A stretch of DNA of 64,000 nt, from positions 209,934,001-209,998,000 of the forward strand of contig NC_058368.1 in NCBI RefSeq assembly GCF_018350175.1, written 5' to 3'. This stretch comes from Felis catus. Lineage: Eukaryota. How positions within the stretch are numbered: the first letter of the stretch is position 1; each line of letters begins with the position of its first letter. This document shows, in pieces, positions 37,511-48,854 of the stretch. Made by a program: the position numbers and the translations under genes. Under the pieces are notes generated by a model, which was given only the letters and a program-made list of their open reading frames with translations, was not told where the DNA came from and ran no database searches.

Positions 37511-37990
37511 GGGGAACCTAGGTGGATCAGTCGGTTAAGCGACTGCTTCTTGATCTCGGCTCAGGTCATGATCTCATGGTTCATGGGATCAAGCTCCACA
37601 TTGGACTCTATGGTAACAACATGGAGCCTGCTTGGGATTCTCTCTCTGCCTCTCTCTCTCTCTCTCTGCCCCTACCCTGCTCATGTGCACGCTCTCTCAA
37701 AATAAGGAAATAAACTTTATTTATTTATTTATTTATTTAAATGTTTATTATTTATTTTTGAGAGAGAGAGAGAGACAGAGTGAAAGCAGGGGAGGGGCAG
37801 AGAGAGGGAGGGAGACACAGAATCTGAGGCAGCCTCCAGGCTCTGAGCTGTCAGCACAGGGCCCCACGAGTGAACCATGAGATTGTGACCTGAGGTGAAG
37901 TCTGACACTCAACCAATGGAGCCACCCAGGTGTCCCAGAAACAAACTTGAAAAAAAAGGGGTTTTGTTTGTTTGTTTGTTTGTTTTTAAA
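37511..37990 (+). mobile_element. CAN-SINE whose tail hosts an antisense SINE
   Basis: Head at 37511; TSD AGAAAGGAGGTTT at ~37497-37509 and ~37991-38003. Confidence 0.88.
37718..37936 (-). mobile_element. CAN-SINE nested in the tail of the previous SINE
   Basis: Antisense SINE; TSD GAAA(T/C)AAACTT. Confidence 0.9.
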
Positions 37991-38083
37991 AGAAAGGAGG
38001 TTTTTGGGCACAGGACCAGGCAGTTTTTTGGTTTTTGTTTGTTTGTTTTGTTTTGTTTATGAAATCATTTCTGCCCTTACCAT

Positions 38084-38159
38084 TTGTTTTATTTATCAGT
38101 ATGTGTCAGGCATACCAGATCAATTGTTTTATTTATCAGTATGTGTCAGGCATACCAGA
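38084..38159. repeat. 40-bp-period tandem duplication
   Basis: TTGTTTTATTTATCAGTATGTGTCAGGCATACCAGA is identical at 38084-38119 and 38124-38159. Confidence 0.95.
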
Positions 38160-38269
38160 CAAAAGGTAAAATGCAGCAAAACAAGTCAAAGTAGAATGGT
38201 CTCCTTCATAGAAAACGTATACTCTGCGGAATTCTGACTGGTGTCCTATGAGCTCAGGGTTCCAGACAG

Positions 38270-38913
38270 CAACCAAAAGTAAGTAAATACAACCGAGTAA
38301 AGCTGATGATCTAATTGGTGTTATTAAGTGATTCACAAATCAGGGCAGCATCGGGTCCAGCAGGTAGAGGGGAGCTCCATTCAGCTAAACGAAAGAAAGA
38401 TTTTTTTTTTTTTTAATTTTTTTTTTTCAACGTTTTTATTTTTATTTTTGGGACAGAGAGAGACAGAGCATGAACAGGGGAGGGGCAGAGAGAGAGGGAG
38501 ACACAGAATCGGAAACAGGCTCCAGGCTCCGAGCCATCAGCCCAGAGCCCGATGCGGGGCTCGAACTCACGGACCGCGAGATCGTGACCTGGCTGAAGTC
38601 GGACGCTTAACCGACTGCGCCACCCAGGCGCCCCCACGAAAGAAAGATTTTTAAAGGCAGAGAGAGGCATAACAAAAAGAAGGAATGTATTAGCAAGGAA
38701 TGCATTCTTTAGCCAAGGTTGACCTCCTGAGGGGAGCCAAAGGGGTCTACCAGCAAACTCTCTAGTATTGACCAGGAAATTTCATGCTGACTGGTTAAAG
38801 GTTACATTCCTGGGGGTGTTGAAACTGGAGTTGGGTTAGGTGTTAAGTCTGGGTTTCCTGACTTGGGGCCTTAACCTAAGTGATACCATTTTGGGCCTAT
38901 GGTTTTCTTAACA
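38270..38913 (-). repeat. ERV 3' LTR (contains a SINE)
   Basis: Shares CTGACTGGTTAAAGGTTACATTCCTGGGG and TTAACCTAAGTGA(T/C)ACCATTTTGGGCCT with the 45.2-45.6 kb LTR; adjacent to the PPT. Confidence 0.88.
38406..38635 (-). mobile_element. Young feline SINE in the ERV 3' LTR
   Basis: Near-consensus; perfect TSD ACGAAAGAAAGATTTTT. Confidence 0.95.
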
Positions 38914-39864
38914 GTTCCCTCCTTTTGATCAGACTTCCTCTAACTCAGACATGTGATCAAAATTTAAGACATTAGTGCCACTCTCAGCTACCTCTTGCTG
39001 GTTCTCTCAGGTTTGCTGATCCTTTGCTGGCATTCGCGGGCCGTGACGTTTTGCTTTATCTCTGTACGTTATGGCTTTAGGTTCACATTCCTTAAGTCGG
39101 TCATCTTCTGTGTGCCTTTTCTGACGTTCCAGTCTTAGGGTGATCACTTGCTTGGTGGCTAGCAGCTTTGAACATCCATTTAAAGCTTTTGGATGATAAA
39201 AGCTGACATGCAGGCTTGACAGCCTTATTTACATTTGCCCCTAACCAGGGAAATAGGGACCTGCCAGAGGGAGTAAATCCTGAATCATGAAAGCTTCCTG
39301 CAACATCCTTTTTAACTCAATAATGTGAATTTAGAGGAGTCGACCAGTGAGATGTCTTATTTTGCTTGTGAAAAGTTAGGGGCACAGGTAGATTTTTTCC
39401 CTAGCCTTAAATAAAACATTGTTCGAATTGCAGAGGTTACCCCCACCCCGCACCCTCAGTAATGGCCTCGGAGGTGAAGATGAGGCATTATCTTTCTAGG
39501 CCAATGCCAACAGAAAGGAAAGGAAAAGAAGGAGACAGGGTTTCAGGTTCAGCTAAACTGTGAACTCTTGATCTGTCGTCTTGGGCAGAAAGAGTCTGCC
39601 TCAATGTCACTACTGCTTTTCCTCGTCAATTTGATTTGGAGGCTCCAGCCTCTATATAGGACCAGGTGCCACATGGAGCCTTCTTTAGCTGTGTGATGTG
39701 AGCCCAGGGCTTGATACGTTCTAGCTCTGTAGCAGTGTCTGTGGTCAGCAGAGCTTGGTAAGTTCCTTTTCAGTGGGGCTCGAGAGCTGGTTTTCTCTGA
39801 TAACATTTCCAAAATACCTAAACACCAGGCTCTAAACTATGATCAACAGAATCCTTTGTGGGTT

Positions 39865-40088
39865 TTTTGTTTTATATATATATATATTTTTTTAAATTCT
39901 TTTTAATGTTTATTTTTGAGAGAGAGAGAACGTGCATGTGCGTGTGTGGGGGGGAGACGTAGAAAGAGAGGGGGACAGAGTATCTGAAGTAGGCTCTGCA
40001 CTGACAACTGACATGCAGGGCGCAAACCATGAGATCATGACCTGAGCAGAAGTCAGACGCCTGACCGACTGAGCCACCCAGATGCCCC
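39865..40088 (-). mobile_element. CAN-SINE in the ERV
   Basis: Antisense SINE; TSD GAATCCTTTG. Confidence 0.9.
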
Positions 40089-40899
40089 TCAGCGGAATCC
40101 TTTGAATTGGGACCCAAGAAGGCTTCTTTCATCTGTTGATGACAGGCTTGAACATATGCATTAGAGACTTACAGTAGGTGGCCACACTAGCATGAGACAA
40201 CAGGGATCAGCCGAAGGTTGTACACTGGCAGAATTCCAAGAAGTCTGCAAGGTTTTGTTAAGACTTGTATGATTTGCTCAGTGAGGTGGATGCCTTGATC
40301 ACTGGAGATTATAGAAGGTATATCATATCCTAAGTGGGAAACACATTTTTGAACGGCTTTTCTTCTTATTTTCCTACTGTGAGAGCATCAGGAAAGGCTT
40401 CAGCCCATCCAGAAAACATGGTAACAAGAACATATTGATAATACTTACAAAGTGGCATCTGTAAGAATGAGGTTAAGCTGTAGGTGTTCAGAGGGTCCAG
40501 AGGGAATAGGTCTGAGGCCTCGGAGACAAAAACACTTTCCAGGATTATGGACCTGCCAAATCACACTTTTTTTTTTTTTTTTAATAGAAGTTTCCCACTA
40601 ATGTCTATTTATAATCTGAGTCCTCTGAAATGCACTGTGGTGGGTGAAGGAATGCAAAAACTGAAAAAGGGGGTTTGTCAGGGAGCCCGGAAGAACCAAA
40701 TAGCCCTCTGGGTTTTCTCGCAGCCCTGATGTTTCATTTAATGGACTTCACCTGCATGTGTCACAATCTTTATAGAATCTGTTGCTGCTGCCTTGTGTGG
40801 AAGTCCGGCCGATGACATTATTAAAATTTCTTTTCAAGGATTTCTTTTCCACAAACCTGTAACTTTCTTTTTAAATTTAGATTTTGTCTTAAGGTTTCC

Positions 40900-40924
40900 T
40901 TTTTTATTTAATTTAATTTAATTT

Positions 40925-40966
<42 letters not shown>

Positions 40967-41280
40967 TATTTTATTTTTAGGGGCGTCTGGGTGGCTCAGT
41001 CAGTTAAGTGTCAGACTTGGGCTCAGGTCATGATCTCACATTCACCGGTTTGATCCCACATTGGGCTGTGCACTCCCAGTGCGGAGCCTACTTGGAATTC
41101 TCTCTCCCTCTCTCTCTGCCCCTCCCCCACTCATGCTTTTTCTCTCTCTCAATATAAATAAATAAACTTAAAAAAAAAAAGATTTTGTTTTTAAGTAATC
41201 TCTGCACCCAATATGAGGTTCAAACTTACAACCTGAGTTCAAGATTCCCATGCTCTACCGAGTAAGCCAGACAGATGCCC
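40900..41280 (-). mobile_element. Older short CAN-SINE (SINEC_c-like) split by a + strand SINE
   Basis: ttttaagtaatctctgcacccaa...gagtaagccagacagatgcccc; (TTTA)n tail. Confidence 0.8.
40980..41180 (+). mobile_element. CAN-SINE
   Basis: GGGGCGTCTGGGTGGCTCAG head and poly(A). Confidence 0.92.
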
Positions 41281-41957
41281 TGAAAGTTTTCTCTTTGAAT
41301 AGCCAGTCTTATTTTAGGACAAAATTACTTTCTTTTTCCTCAACAAAAATGTATTTCTATTTGTCATGCTTTTTCTTACCAAAACTTTCCTGCATATAGA
41401 ATTGTTACCCTTATTATTTCCAGTAGTCTTAATTGCATTTATTAGAATTTGTAACTCCCAGAATTCTTAATTTTGAGTGAAAGCTTATAAGTAAGCAATT
41501 GTGAACTGTTACACCAGTATTCTTTAGATTGCAAATTTATGAATAATTTTTAGAAGTATATGCCTTTTTCATTTTTCCAATGTTGTGCTAACACATCTAA
41601 AATATCTTTTAGTTTCTTTGCAATAAGAAGCCAAAAGTAGAAAACCTGTGTTCAGTAATTAATGTTTTAGTATTTCATCTTATTTGGAAATGATCTGGAT
41701 ATTTAAAGAACTTAACTTATCATTTGACCTCATTTAGAAAAACTTTTAAGGTTTTAGGTTGCCCACAAAGCTTTAGGAAAGCTATTTAAGGAGACATAAA
41801 TATTGCTGAAAAGTTCCTTTTTAAACTTTTCTTGCTAACTTTTACTTAATTCACTTCTGTTCAGTAATTATGTTTAGATTACCTACGAAAATTTCATTCA
41901 ACGTTAGACAACTTCAGCCATTATCCTAAAGTATTAATTTTTTGTTGACAAATCTTT

Positions 41958-42083
41958 TTTTTTATAATTTATTTATTTTTTTAAAGTTACATCCAAGTTA
42001 GTTAGCATATGGTACAACAATGATTTCAGGAGTAGATTCCTTAATTCCACCCCTTACCCAATTAGTCCATCCCCCCTCCCACA
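41958..42083 (-). mobile_element. Very short carnivore L1 3' end
   Basis: aagttagttagcatat...ccatcccccctcccac; TSD TGTT(GAC/TAT)AAATCTT. Confidence 0.75.
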
Positions 42084-43151
42084 TGTTTATAAATCTTGTA
42101 TGAGACAACATGAGCTTATTTGGCTAGTAAATTCAGGTAGAATAAAATTTTTGTATTTAATGCTGATAACTCTAAAGACATGTCTGTTTTAATTAAACCA
42201 TCAACCTTAAACTAGCTTTACATATCAAATATTTTCCCAGTTCACATGCACTTGAAAAAAATTGGGGTTAATTTCTATCTTTTTGAGTATTTTAAATTGC
42301 TCAGTCATTACAAGTGCTTGTCCTCAAACCCACTGAGTAGAGCTCTTTTTGAAATTAATTTTAGCAATATCATCTGGGGGTAGAACAGTACCTCACATTT
42401 GTAACATAAACACAAACACACAGGCGCAAAGACCTCATAGTTACTAATATTTGTGGAGAAGATTTTTAAGATTTGTATTTGTCCCTGAAATTAATGTCAA
42501 GGGACCTGTGCTAGAGTTTGGGAACAAGTACCCTTTTAGTGGTTTGTATTTTTAAAAAAGGCCTCCTTCTCTTTCTTTTAGTCTCAGGTGATTGTGGGCT
42601 GTGTTTACATTTCAAAGACATGATAAGATGTTTAACTTCAAGGAACAATGAAAGAATGTAAGTTTCTGTAAGGAGGACTTTGGTTTCCTAAGGCCAATGA
42701 TTTACTAACCTTTTAAGATGAACAAAAGGAAGTTTGGGGATTGGTAAGAAATAGATAAATTTAGAATTGCCACTGGAGCTGATTTTTGTTTTCCAAAAGA
42801 TTTGTAAGCTAAGGACAGTTGCTCTTACTTAAAGAATTGAATTGTCACTTGAATGACATCATAGGTTGATCTACCTTTTCTACTATATTATCCTCAATTT
42901 GTTTCTTTCCCTCTGAGTACATAATTAGAATTTTAAATCTTTTTAGCGGTATTGAGTACCCCTCCCCCTCGCCCTGCTTGGGTGTAAGACAGGTCCCCAA
43001 AGAGGGTGCAAAGGATATTACCTTCCCCAAACTCCCAAAGACAGACAAAAGAAAGACCCGATGACTGGGGCTGTCCCAGGCAGGCAGAAAGCCAAGCCCA
43101 GTTATGCAAAATGAGTCAAGCAAGAAAGCAACTGCTACCTCTGGGAGAGAG

Positions 43152-43742
43152 TGATGCAGGCTGCCTGGGTAGGAGGACCCAGTAGCGGATCTGCAGGACC
43201 AGCCAAAAGGGCCCTTGGCTTTGCACGGAATAGAAGTCAAACTCCCAGGGAAAGTGAGAGCAGAGTTTGCATAATAGTGTAAGTGATGGGGCATAGCAGA
43301 TGGAGCATCTGGGAGACACAGAGAGCATAGGACACTCTTGTTTCTGCTGGGGGTCTGGGGTTTTTATTGAGGATGCTGGTCTTGTGAATGTGTCCTCTCA
43401 GACATCTAGGAATGGTCAAAACAAGGACAAGTGCTCAGGCGTCCTCCATAAGTCACTGATGGCCTGGAGCCGTGGGTATTGGTGTCTAGGTGTGTGGAGT
43501 CAGTGGTATTGGGAAATGGTACCTGATGACTCTGCCTGGTCATTCCTTAGATGTTATCTATTGTTCTGGAAGACTCCAAAGAAATCATTAATTTCTTGAC
43601 CTTTACAAAGAGGACATATAAGGCATCTGAACTATAAGGCATGTGAAAAGTTGGGGTGCAGGTCCTAGCAAGAATAGCAGCAGGAAAAGGAGCAAAAAAA
43701 AAAAAAGTGTTTTTCATGGGGTCCTTCAGTTTCCCTGTCCCA
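43152..43742 (-). mobile_element. Solo LTR (CarLTR1-like) nested in the ERV
   Basis: TG...CA termini (minus strand starts TGGGACAGGGAAACTGAAGGACCCCATG and ends CAGCCTGCATCA); AATAAA on the minus strand; 4-bp TSD AGAG/AAAG. Confidence 0.8.
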
Positions 43743-44475
43743 AAAGGGTCAATAACCAATGGGTCTGGATTTGGAAAGGCAGGGACAGTGTGAAATTTTA
43801 TTTTCGTCTCTTGACTGGGCACTACAGACAGAGATTCAAAAGAACTGATTCTGTTAAGAGTTTTCATCCTTTACTGGCTTCTGCCAATTTTTCCAGGATC
43901 CCCTCTGCAGGCTCTAGTATCTCTGAGTCTCCCCCAAATGTCTCAGTGTTGTGAACTCTGAGGGGCCCATATGGGGGGGCTCCTTTGAAGGTAGATATGG
44001 GGGTATCTGTAAGGCCATTGACTTGGAAGCATTTTGTTTATATTGTGTAGTCTTCTCAGGGTGGAAAAATAATTCAGACTAGGATGAGTACCCAAAGGAA
44101 GAAAGAAGAAAGCAATAGTGCTGTCAGTCTTATAGTCTTTTCTTTTAGGTACCTCCCACATCTTTAATTTTTCATTAGCTTTTTGCAACGAAACTTTCAA
44201 TGAAACGATTTTGGAATTTTGAAACCTTTTGGAGGTTTTTGCTTGCCAACTAAAATGGGTATACTGTTCAGTTGAATTGGAGAACGCTTTCTCTCAAATG
44301 AACTTCTTAAGTGAACAATTTTGTCTAATCGGAATATTCCCCGTACTGGTCATTGTGATTCCATTTTGCTTTCAGTAAAATTTTGCCATTTTTATAGGTA
44401 TTCACAGCTCCCTGCCTCTGTTTTTGGACATGAGATGACTTCCAGGTGTGCTGGGAGGCGCTGTGCCAGACTCTT

Positions 44476-44702
44476 TTTTTTGTTTTGTTTTTGTTTTTTA
44501 AGTTTATCTATTCATATTGAGAGAGGGAGAGAGAGCATGAGCAGGGGAGAGGCACAGAGAGAGGGAGAAAGAGAATCCCAAGAAGGCTCTGTGCTCTCAG
44601 CGCTGAGCCTGATGTAGTGCTCGATCCCACGAACTGTGAGATCATGACCTGAGCTGAAATCAAGAGTCAGACACTCAACCGACTGAGCCACCCAGGAACC
44701 CC
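44476..44702 (-). mobile_element. CAN-SINE in the ERV
   Basis: TSD TG(TG/CA)CCAGACTCTTT. Confidence 0.92.
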
Positions 44703-45186
44703 TGCACCAGACTCTTTAGAATTTAAGGATCCCATTAGCTAAGACTTTATTTACACAATACAAGAAAAACAAACATATGCACCTTAACACACCAGCAGTA
44801 ACCAAAAGATGTTATTGCAGACTGGCCAAGAGAAGGCTGTGTGCACCATCAGCAATTTCCAGAATAGACTAAGTCAGCAAAGTCCAGCAAATACAGAATA
44901 CAGGTGGGAACTGGGGAAGGGACTCCAGTGTGGAAATGTGGACTGAACCAAGGGCCAAGGGCAGGTGCTCTGTTGGAGGCTCTTATCAGTCTCCACTGAC
45001 CCGTTAACCTTAGACTGGAAAGCCAATTAAGTTGGTAGCTTGAATTCAAAAAGAGCAGAGCTCAAACCAAGAGGGACTCACCATTGGCCCTCAGAGATGG
45101 TGAAAAAGACCGTGAACTCAAAAGGGTTTGCAAGGCATCATGTTTGTTTCTTATTGTCCCTGAATGCTGTCAAAAGTTCACTTTGG

Positions 45187-45204
45187 ATCCCAGCGTTGCC
45201 ACCA
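45187..45204 (-). promoter_or_regulatory. Retroviral primer binding site, tRNA-Leu type
   Basis: Minus strand TGGTGGCAACGCTGGGAT; 16/18 match to the complement of the tRNA-Leu(AAG) 3' end (TGGTGGCAGCGGTGGGAT); 4 nt from the LTR end. Confidence 0.82.
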
Positions 45205-45208
45205 AATC

Positions 45209-45628
45209 TGTTAAAAACCAAAACTCAACCAAGCAAATCTGACGATCTAGTTGGTTTTATTAAACGACTCGTGAATTAGGCAGCATTTCATCCAGCAAGC
45301 AGAGGGCAGCTCCAGTGAACTACACAGAAGGCACAGAGAGGGCACAACAAAAAGAAGGAAGGAGTATATTAACAAGGAATGTGTTGCTTTGGGAAGGTTG
45401 CCCTCCTAAGGGGACCCAAAGGAGTGTTTCAGTAAATTCTCTAATATTCACCAGGGAATTAATTCCATCCTGACTGGTTAAAGGTTACATTCCTGGGGAA
45501 AGCTCGCATTAAGATATTACGTTAGGTATTAAGATTAGGTTTTAAGGTTAGGTATTAAATCTCAGCTTACTGACCTGGGGTCTTAACCTAAGTGACACCA
45601 TTTTGGGCCTGTGGTTTTCTCTTAAATA
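45209..45628 (-). repeat. ERV 5' LTR
   Basis: TGTTAA boundary at 45209, homology to the 38.3-38.9 kb LTR, adjacent PBS. Confidence 0.88.
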
Positions 45629-45754
45629 CAAGCTTAAAGCTTGAAAACTAGAGTGTAATCTTCTCGTTTCACAGATGGACAGAGTCCCAGGGAGGTAAAG
45701 TGACTTGCGTAAGGTTTCACAACTAATTCTAGACTGAAGGGCAGCAGAAATGTG

Positions 45755-46257
45755 ACAGTAGTTCAGGACAGGCTATCCCAGTGTGCTTTATTATGTTCAT
45801 CATTTTGAGCTGTAGTCACTTGAAAAACAATACATGCAGGAAAAGGCTTTCCCTGATTTCCCCTTATCTGCCAGAGGACAGGTCAGGCAATAGGAACTGG
45901 GTTGTCCTCAAGCCTCTCCCTCCCTGGGAATGTCATTAACTGGGGAAGATTGATCACAGGAGAAGAGACTAGAAATTAATACCAACCCTAACAAACTTTG
46001 TCGCTGTCTTATCTCTCATCTATACGTCTTTCTCCCAAGAGTAAATGATCTGCCTCCCTCCCTCCTCTTTCCCTATTAAGATAGTATTTAATCCTGAATT
46101 CTAAAGCCACCTCTGGGTCTTACTCATTTTCCTTGCATATCTCCTGTGAATGCATAAGGTATATACATGCTAATGATGTATTTCTCCTGTCAGTCTGCCT
46201 TTTATCTCAGCTTAGAACTCAGAAGGGTAGAGGGAAGATGGTGTATTTCTCCCCTAA
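45755..46257 (+). mobile_element. MER34/MER39-like solo LTR
   Basis: attttgagctg...aaaggctttccctgatttccccttatctgcc; ends agaactcagaagggtagagggaa...tttctcccctaaa. Confidence 0.7.
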
Positions 46258-46354
46258 AAGGCAGATCTAGATTTTTATTAAAAAACAAAACAAAAACAAA
46301 ACCCTGGTGTGCCATTCTCTCCACAGATGGATGCATCCTCCATTGTAAGAGAAA

Positions 46355-46880
46355 CCAGCGCTGCCCCGTGTAGCACACCCGGCCTCCACCTAGCGCGGGT
46401 CTTTGTGCCCGTGGCTCCCTCGGGAGGGGTTTAACCCCTGGAACAGGTTGACAAAGAGATGGAATTTAAAATGGCCCTTGCTCTTGGGGGGGAGGGAAAT
46501 GTGCTGTGGGGGGGCTTCGGGTTCTTTGCCTGGAAGTGGCTTCCACGTAGCAGGAAGTTTCTTTGCCTTGCTGCCTCCTTCCCTGAACTCCAGATTCAGC
46601 CGCATTTATTTTTCCTCGGGGTCCTTTCAGTTTCTGCCTAATGAGACCGGTGGCAGCTGAGTGTGTGACTGACACTCGGTATGTACAGCTTGTATTCATC
46701 TTCCTGAGAAAGGGCATTGCACAATAAAGGATTGCCAAGGGCAACAGCGGTGGCATTTCGGAGAGCCCCAGCCGCCGCTGTGCACCGCCCCGGGGGAAGG
46801 AAACAGCGCGCGCAGAACGAGCGAGCGGGTGGAGGGAGGCGGGACTTCCAAAGTAATTAAAATATTCATATGCAGGGGAC
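46355..46880. promoter_or_regulatory. CpG/GC-rich non-repeat patch, candidate enhancer or promoter
   Basis: Dense CpGs (gccgccgctg, gcgcgcgc, gagcgagcggg), GC box, CAGGAAGT (ETS-like) and GGGACTTCC (NF-kB-like) motifs in an otherwise CpG-depleted window. Confidence 0.5.
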
Positions 46881-47629
46881 CTTGAGTTCCTTTCTCTTTG
46901 CCCATTAGACCTCTTTACTTTTTACCCACAGACGGTTCTCCTGATTTCCAGGGCACAAAAGCCAAGTCGAGGCTGGAGGGAAATACTTTTGGAGTAAAAT
47001 CAAATCAGTTGCAAATGAGTTACAACATCTCAATTGCCTTAATAGATCAAACAAAACTTCTCTGTGTTACTCCAGGCACCAGAACCGAAACCCTCCTTGG
47101 AGTTCCCCAGCTAAAAAACCCGTAAATCTTTGGCCTGCCTATAGCAAGGTCCCAAGCAATGCCCTTGAGGGCTCACCCAGGGCACAGTGACTTGGAAATA
47201 GAGTTTGCTGAGCACGTGGCTTGCCAGGATGGTGTAACTAGCAAACTAGCTGGAATGAGCACGCCAGCTTCAGGCCAGTGAATTCTTCTGTCCGGCCAGA
47301 AGTAGATTTTACTTACTTTGCACCCCGTGTATTGCCTGGGGAGAGGGTGGGCAAGTGAAGCGGGTTTTTTTGTGTGTGTTGGTAGCTCAATTGATAATTC
47401 CAGCCAGGCTGGCTGCCCGTACCCTCCCTGTTCCCCCATTCCACCTTCTCTCCCGGTTCTGTCTTCAGAACAGAATTCTGTGTACTGCACATAAAGGAGC
47501 ATCGGATAGGCACCTCCTTGCTTCAAGTGGGTCTCTTTTTTAATAGAGCTGGCTGGTGCTTTAAAGTCTAACTTTAAAAACAGGTGGATTGAATTGAGAT
47601 TTATAGATTTCAAGTTGAAAAAAACAAAC

Positions 47630-47990
47630 TCAGTTTTATTGATAAAAGTAATTTACCAATTGACATAAAATAAACTGCGTGTACTTAAAGTATACAGTTT
47701 GGTAAGTTTAGACATATGTATACACCCATGAACTCATCACCATAATCAAGATAATGGACATATTCATCCCCTCCAAGAGTTCCTTCTTGCCCCTTTGGAA
47801 CCCATCCCTCTCCCCTCTTCCTGGCCCCTGCCCACACCGCTCCTACACTTCAAGCAACCACAGATCTGCTTTCTTTCATAATAGATTTGTTTTCATTTAC
47901 TAGAAACTTATATAAATGGAATCACACATGTGTACTCTTTTTTGGTCTGGCTCCTTTTACTCAGCATAATTATTTTGAGATTTATCTATG
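47630..47990 (-). mobile_element. Old L1 3' end (L1MB/L1MC-like)
   Basis: ttgacataaaataaactgc...aagtatacagtttgg...tataaatggaatcac. Confidence 0.85.
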
Positions 47991-48003
47991 CTGAGTGAAC
48001 TTT

Positions 48004-48847
48004 TGTTTTGTTTTATGTCTGATCTTATTTATTTGTTACTCTTAGAAAATCTCATTTTTGACTAGACTCAACTTAGAGGTAGAAGCTTCCAGAAAGAACA
48101 GCCTCTGTGTCTTGGCAATCTGTTCCCGGTGTTTCTCTTTGGCTTTCTTCATTCTCTTGGCCAAAAGTTTAGTATATTTTGCAGCCTCTTCCTTTTTTTT
48201 CCTAGTATGCTATTTCTTCAGAGAGAAGATGTTTGTGTCACATGACATGTGGAGGAACAAGATGTTGAATCTTGGGCACTTTGTTTCTAGGTTTCTTACT
48301 GTCTTTGTTTAGGCTCTTTCTCACAATGTACTGGTAGACATAATCTTCTTTAGAGAGATTGAAAAGATTTCTGCTAGCTCTTTTGGGTCCCAGGAGACAA
48401 GGCATAGTAATATCAGTGAGTCTAGGAATATCGCCTCCCTGTTTTTGTTTTGTTTTGTTTTGTTTACAATAATCAAGTTGAGAACACTAAGATTGACATC
48501 CACAGTCCAACCTGGAAAAGATTTGCGCTTTCTTTCTTCAGTCCTCCTTGGTCTGTAACGGGAGTGCCCCTTACACAGTAGCAGGCAGACACAGCCATGG
48601 GTCAAGACACCATGCCTCAGGGAGAATCCTTGTCTATAGTTCCCACCACTGATTGGGACCATACAACCCTTCCATTCCTCAATCAGAGCATCAGCAGCAA
48701 CTTCTGTGGTCATATGCTTCTCATAAAAGGTACGAAATTTGCATTTATTGTCCACTCTGATGAGTTTCTGGCAGCCAGTAGCTGGGAAAGAGACGTTCAG
48801 CTTCACCCTGAAGCAGCCGACCACCTCTAAGGTGCCCTGAAAAAGAG
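48004..48847 (-). pseudogene. RPS6: Full-length processed pseudogene of 40S ribosomal protein S6
   Basis: (V)[15 protein letters not shown]...[23 protein letters not shown]...[22 protein letters not shown] at 48052; 5' TOP CTCTTTTT; AATAAA and A-tail; intronless; start codon mutated to GTG (48804-48806); frameshifts; TSD C(T/C)ATG(C/T)TGAGTGAACTTT. Confidence 0.96.
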
Positions 48848-48854
48848 CTGTGTT

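Larger units (their letters stand above)
38270..45628 (-). mobile_element. Class I (gamma-like, MER4/MER34-group-like) endogenous retrovirus with two LTRs, decayed
   Basis: Homologous LTRs at ~38270-38913 and 45209-45628; PBS 45187-45204; PPT 38914-38926; gag-like WQNFTES...PVRGIFRLDKIVHLR (~44300-44390); integrase MFSGWAEAFP and ISSDQG (~40290-40425); LEPH*KGTYQALLTT (~39740-39790). Confidence 0.88.

Noticed and set aside
38084..38159. CRISPR-like direct repeats
   Set aside because: Only two copies with a 4-nt gap, in mammalian DNA, with no cas genes.
42845..44200. ORFs inside the ERV as intact gag or env
   Set aside because: They run through the nested solo LTR or non-coding frames; the real gag and integrase remnants are frame-broken.
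48321..48824. 167-aa RPS6-like ORF as a functional gene
   Set aside because: Start codon mutated, many substitutions in a highly conserved protein, frameshifts, no introns, A-tail and TSD.
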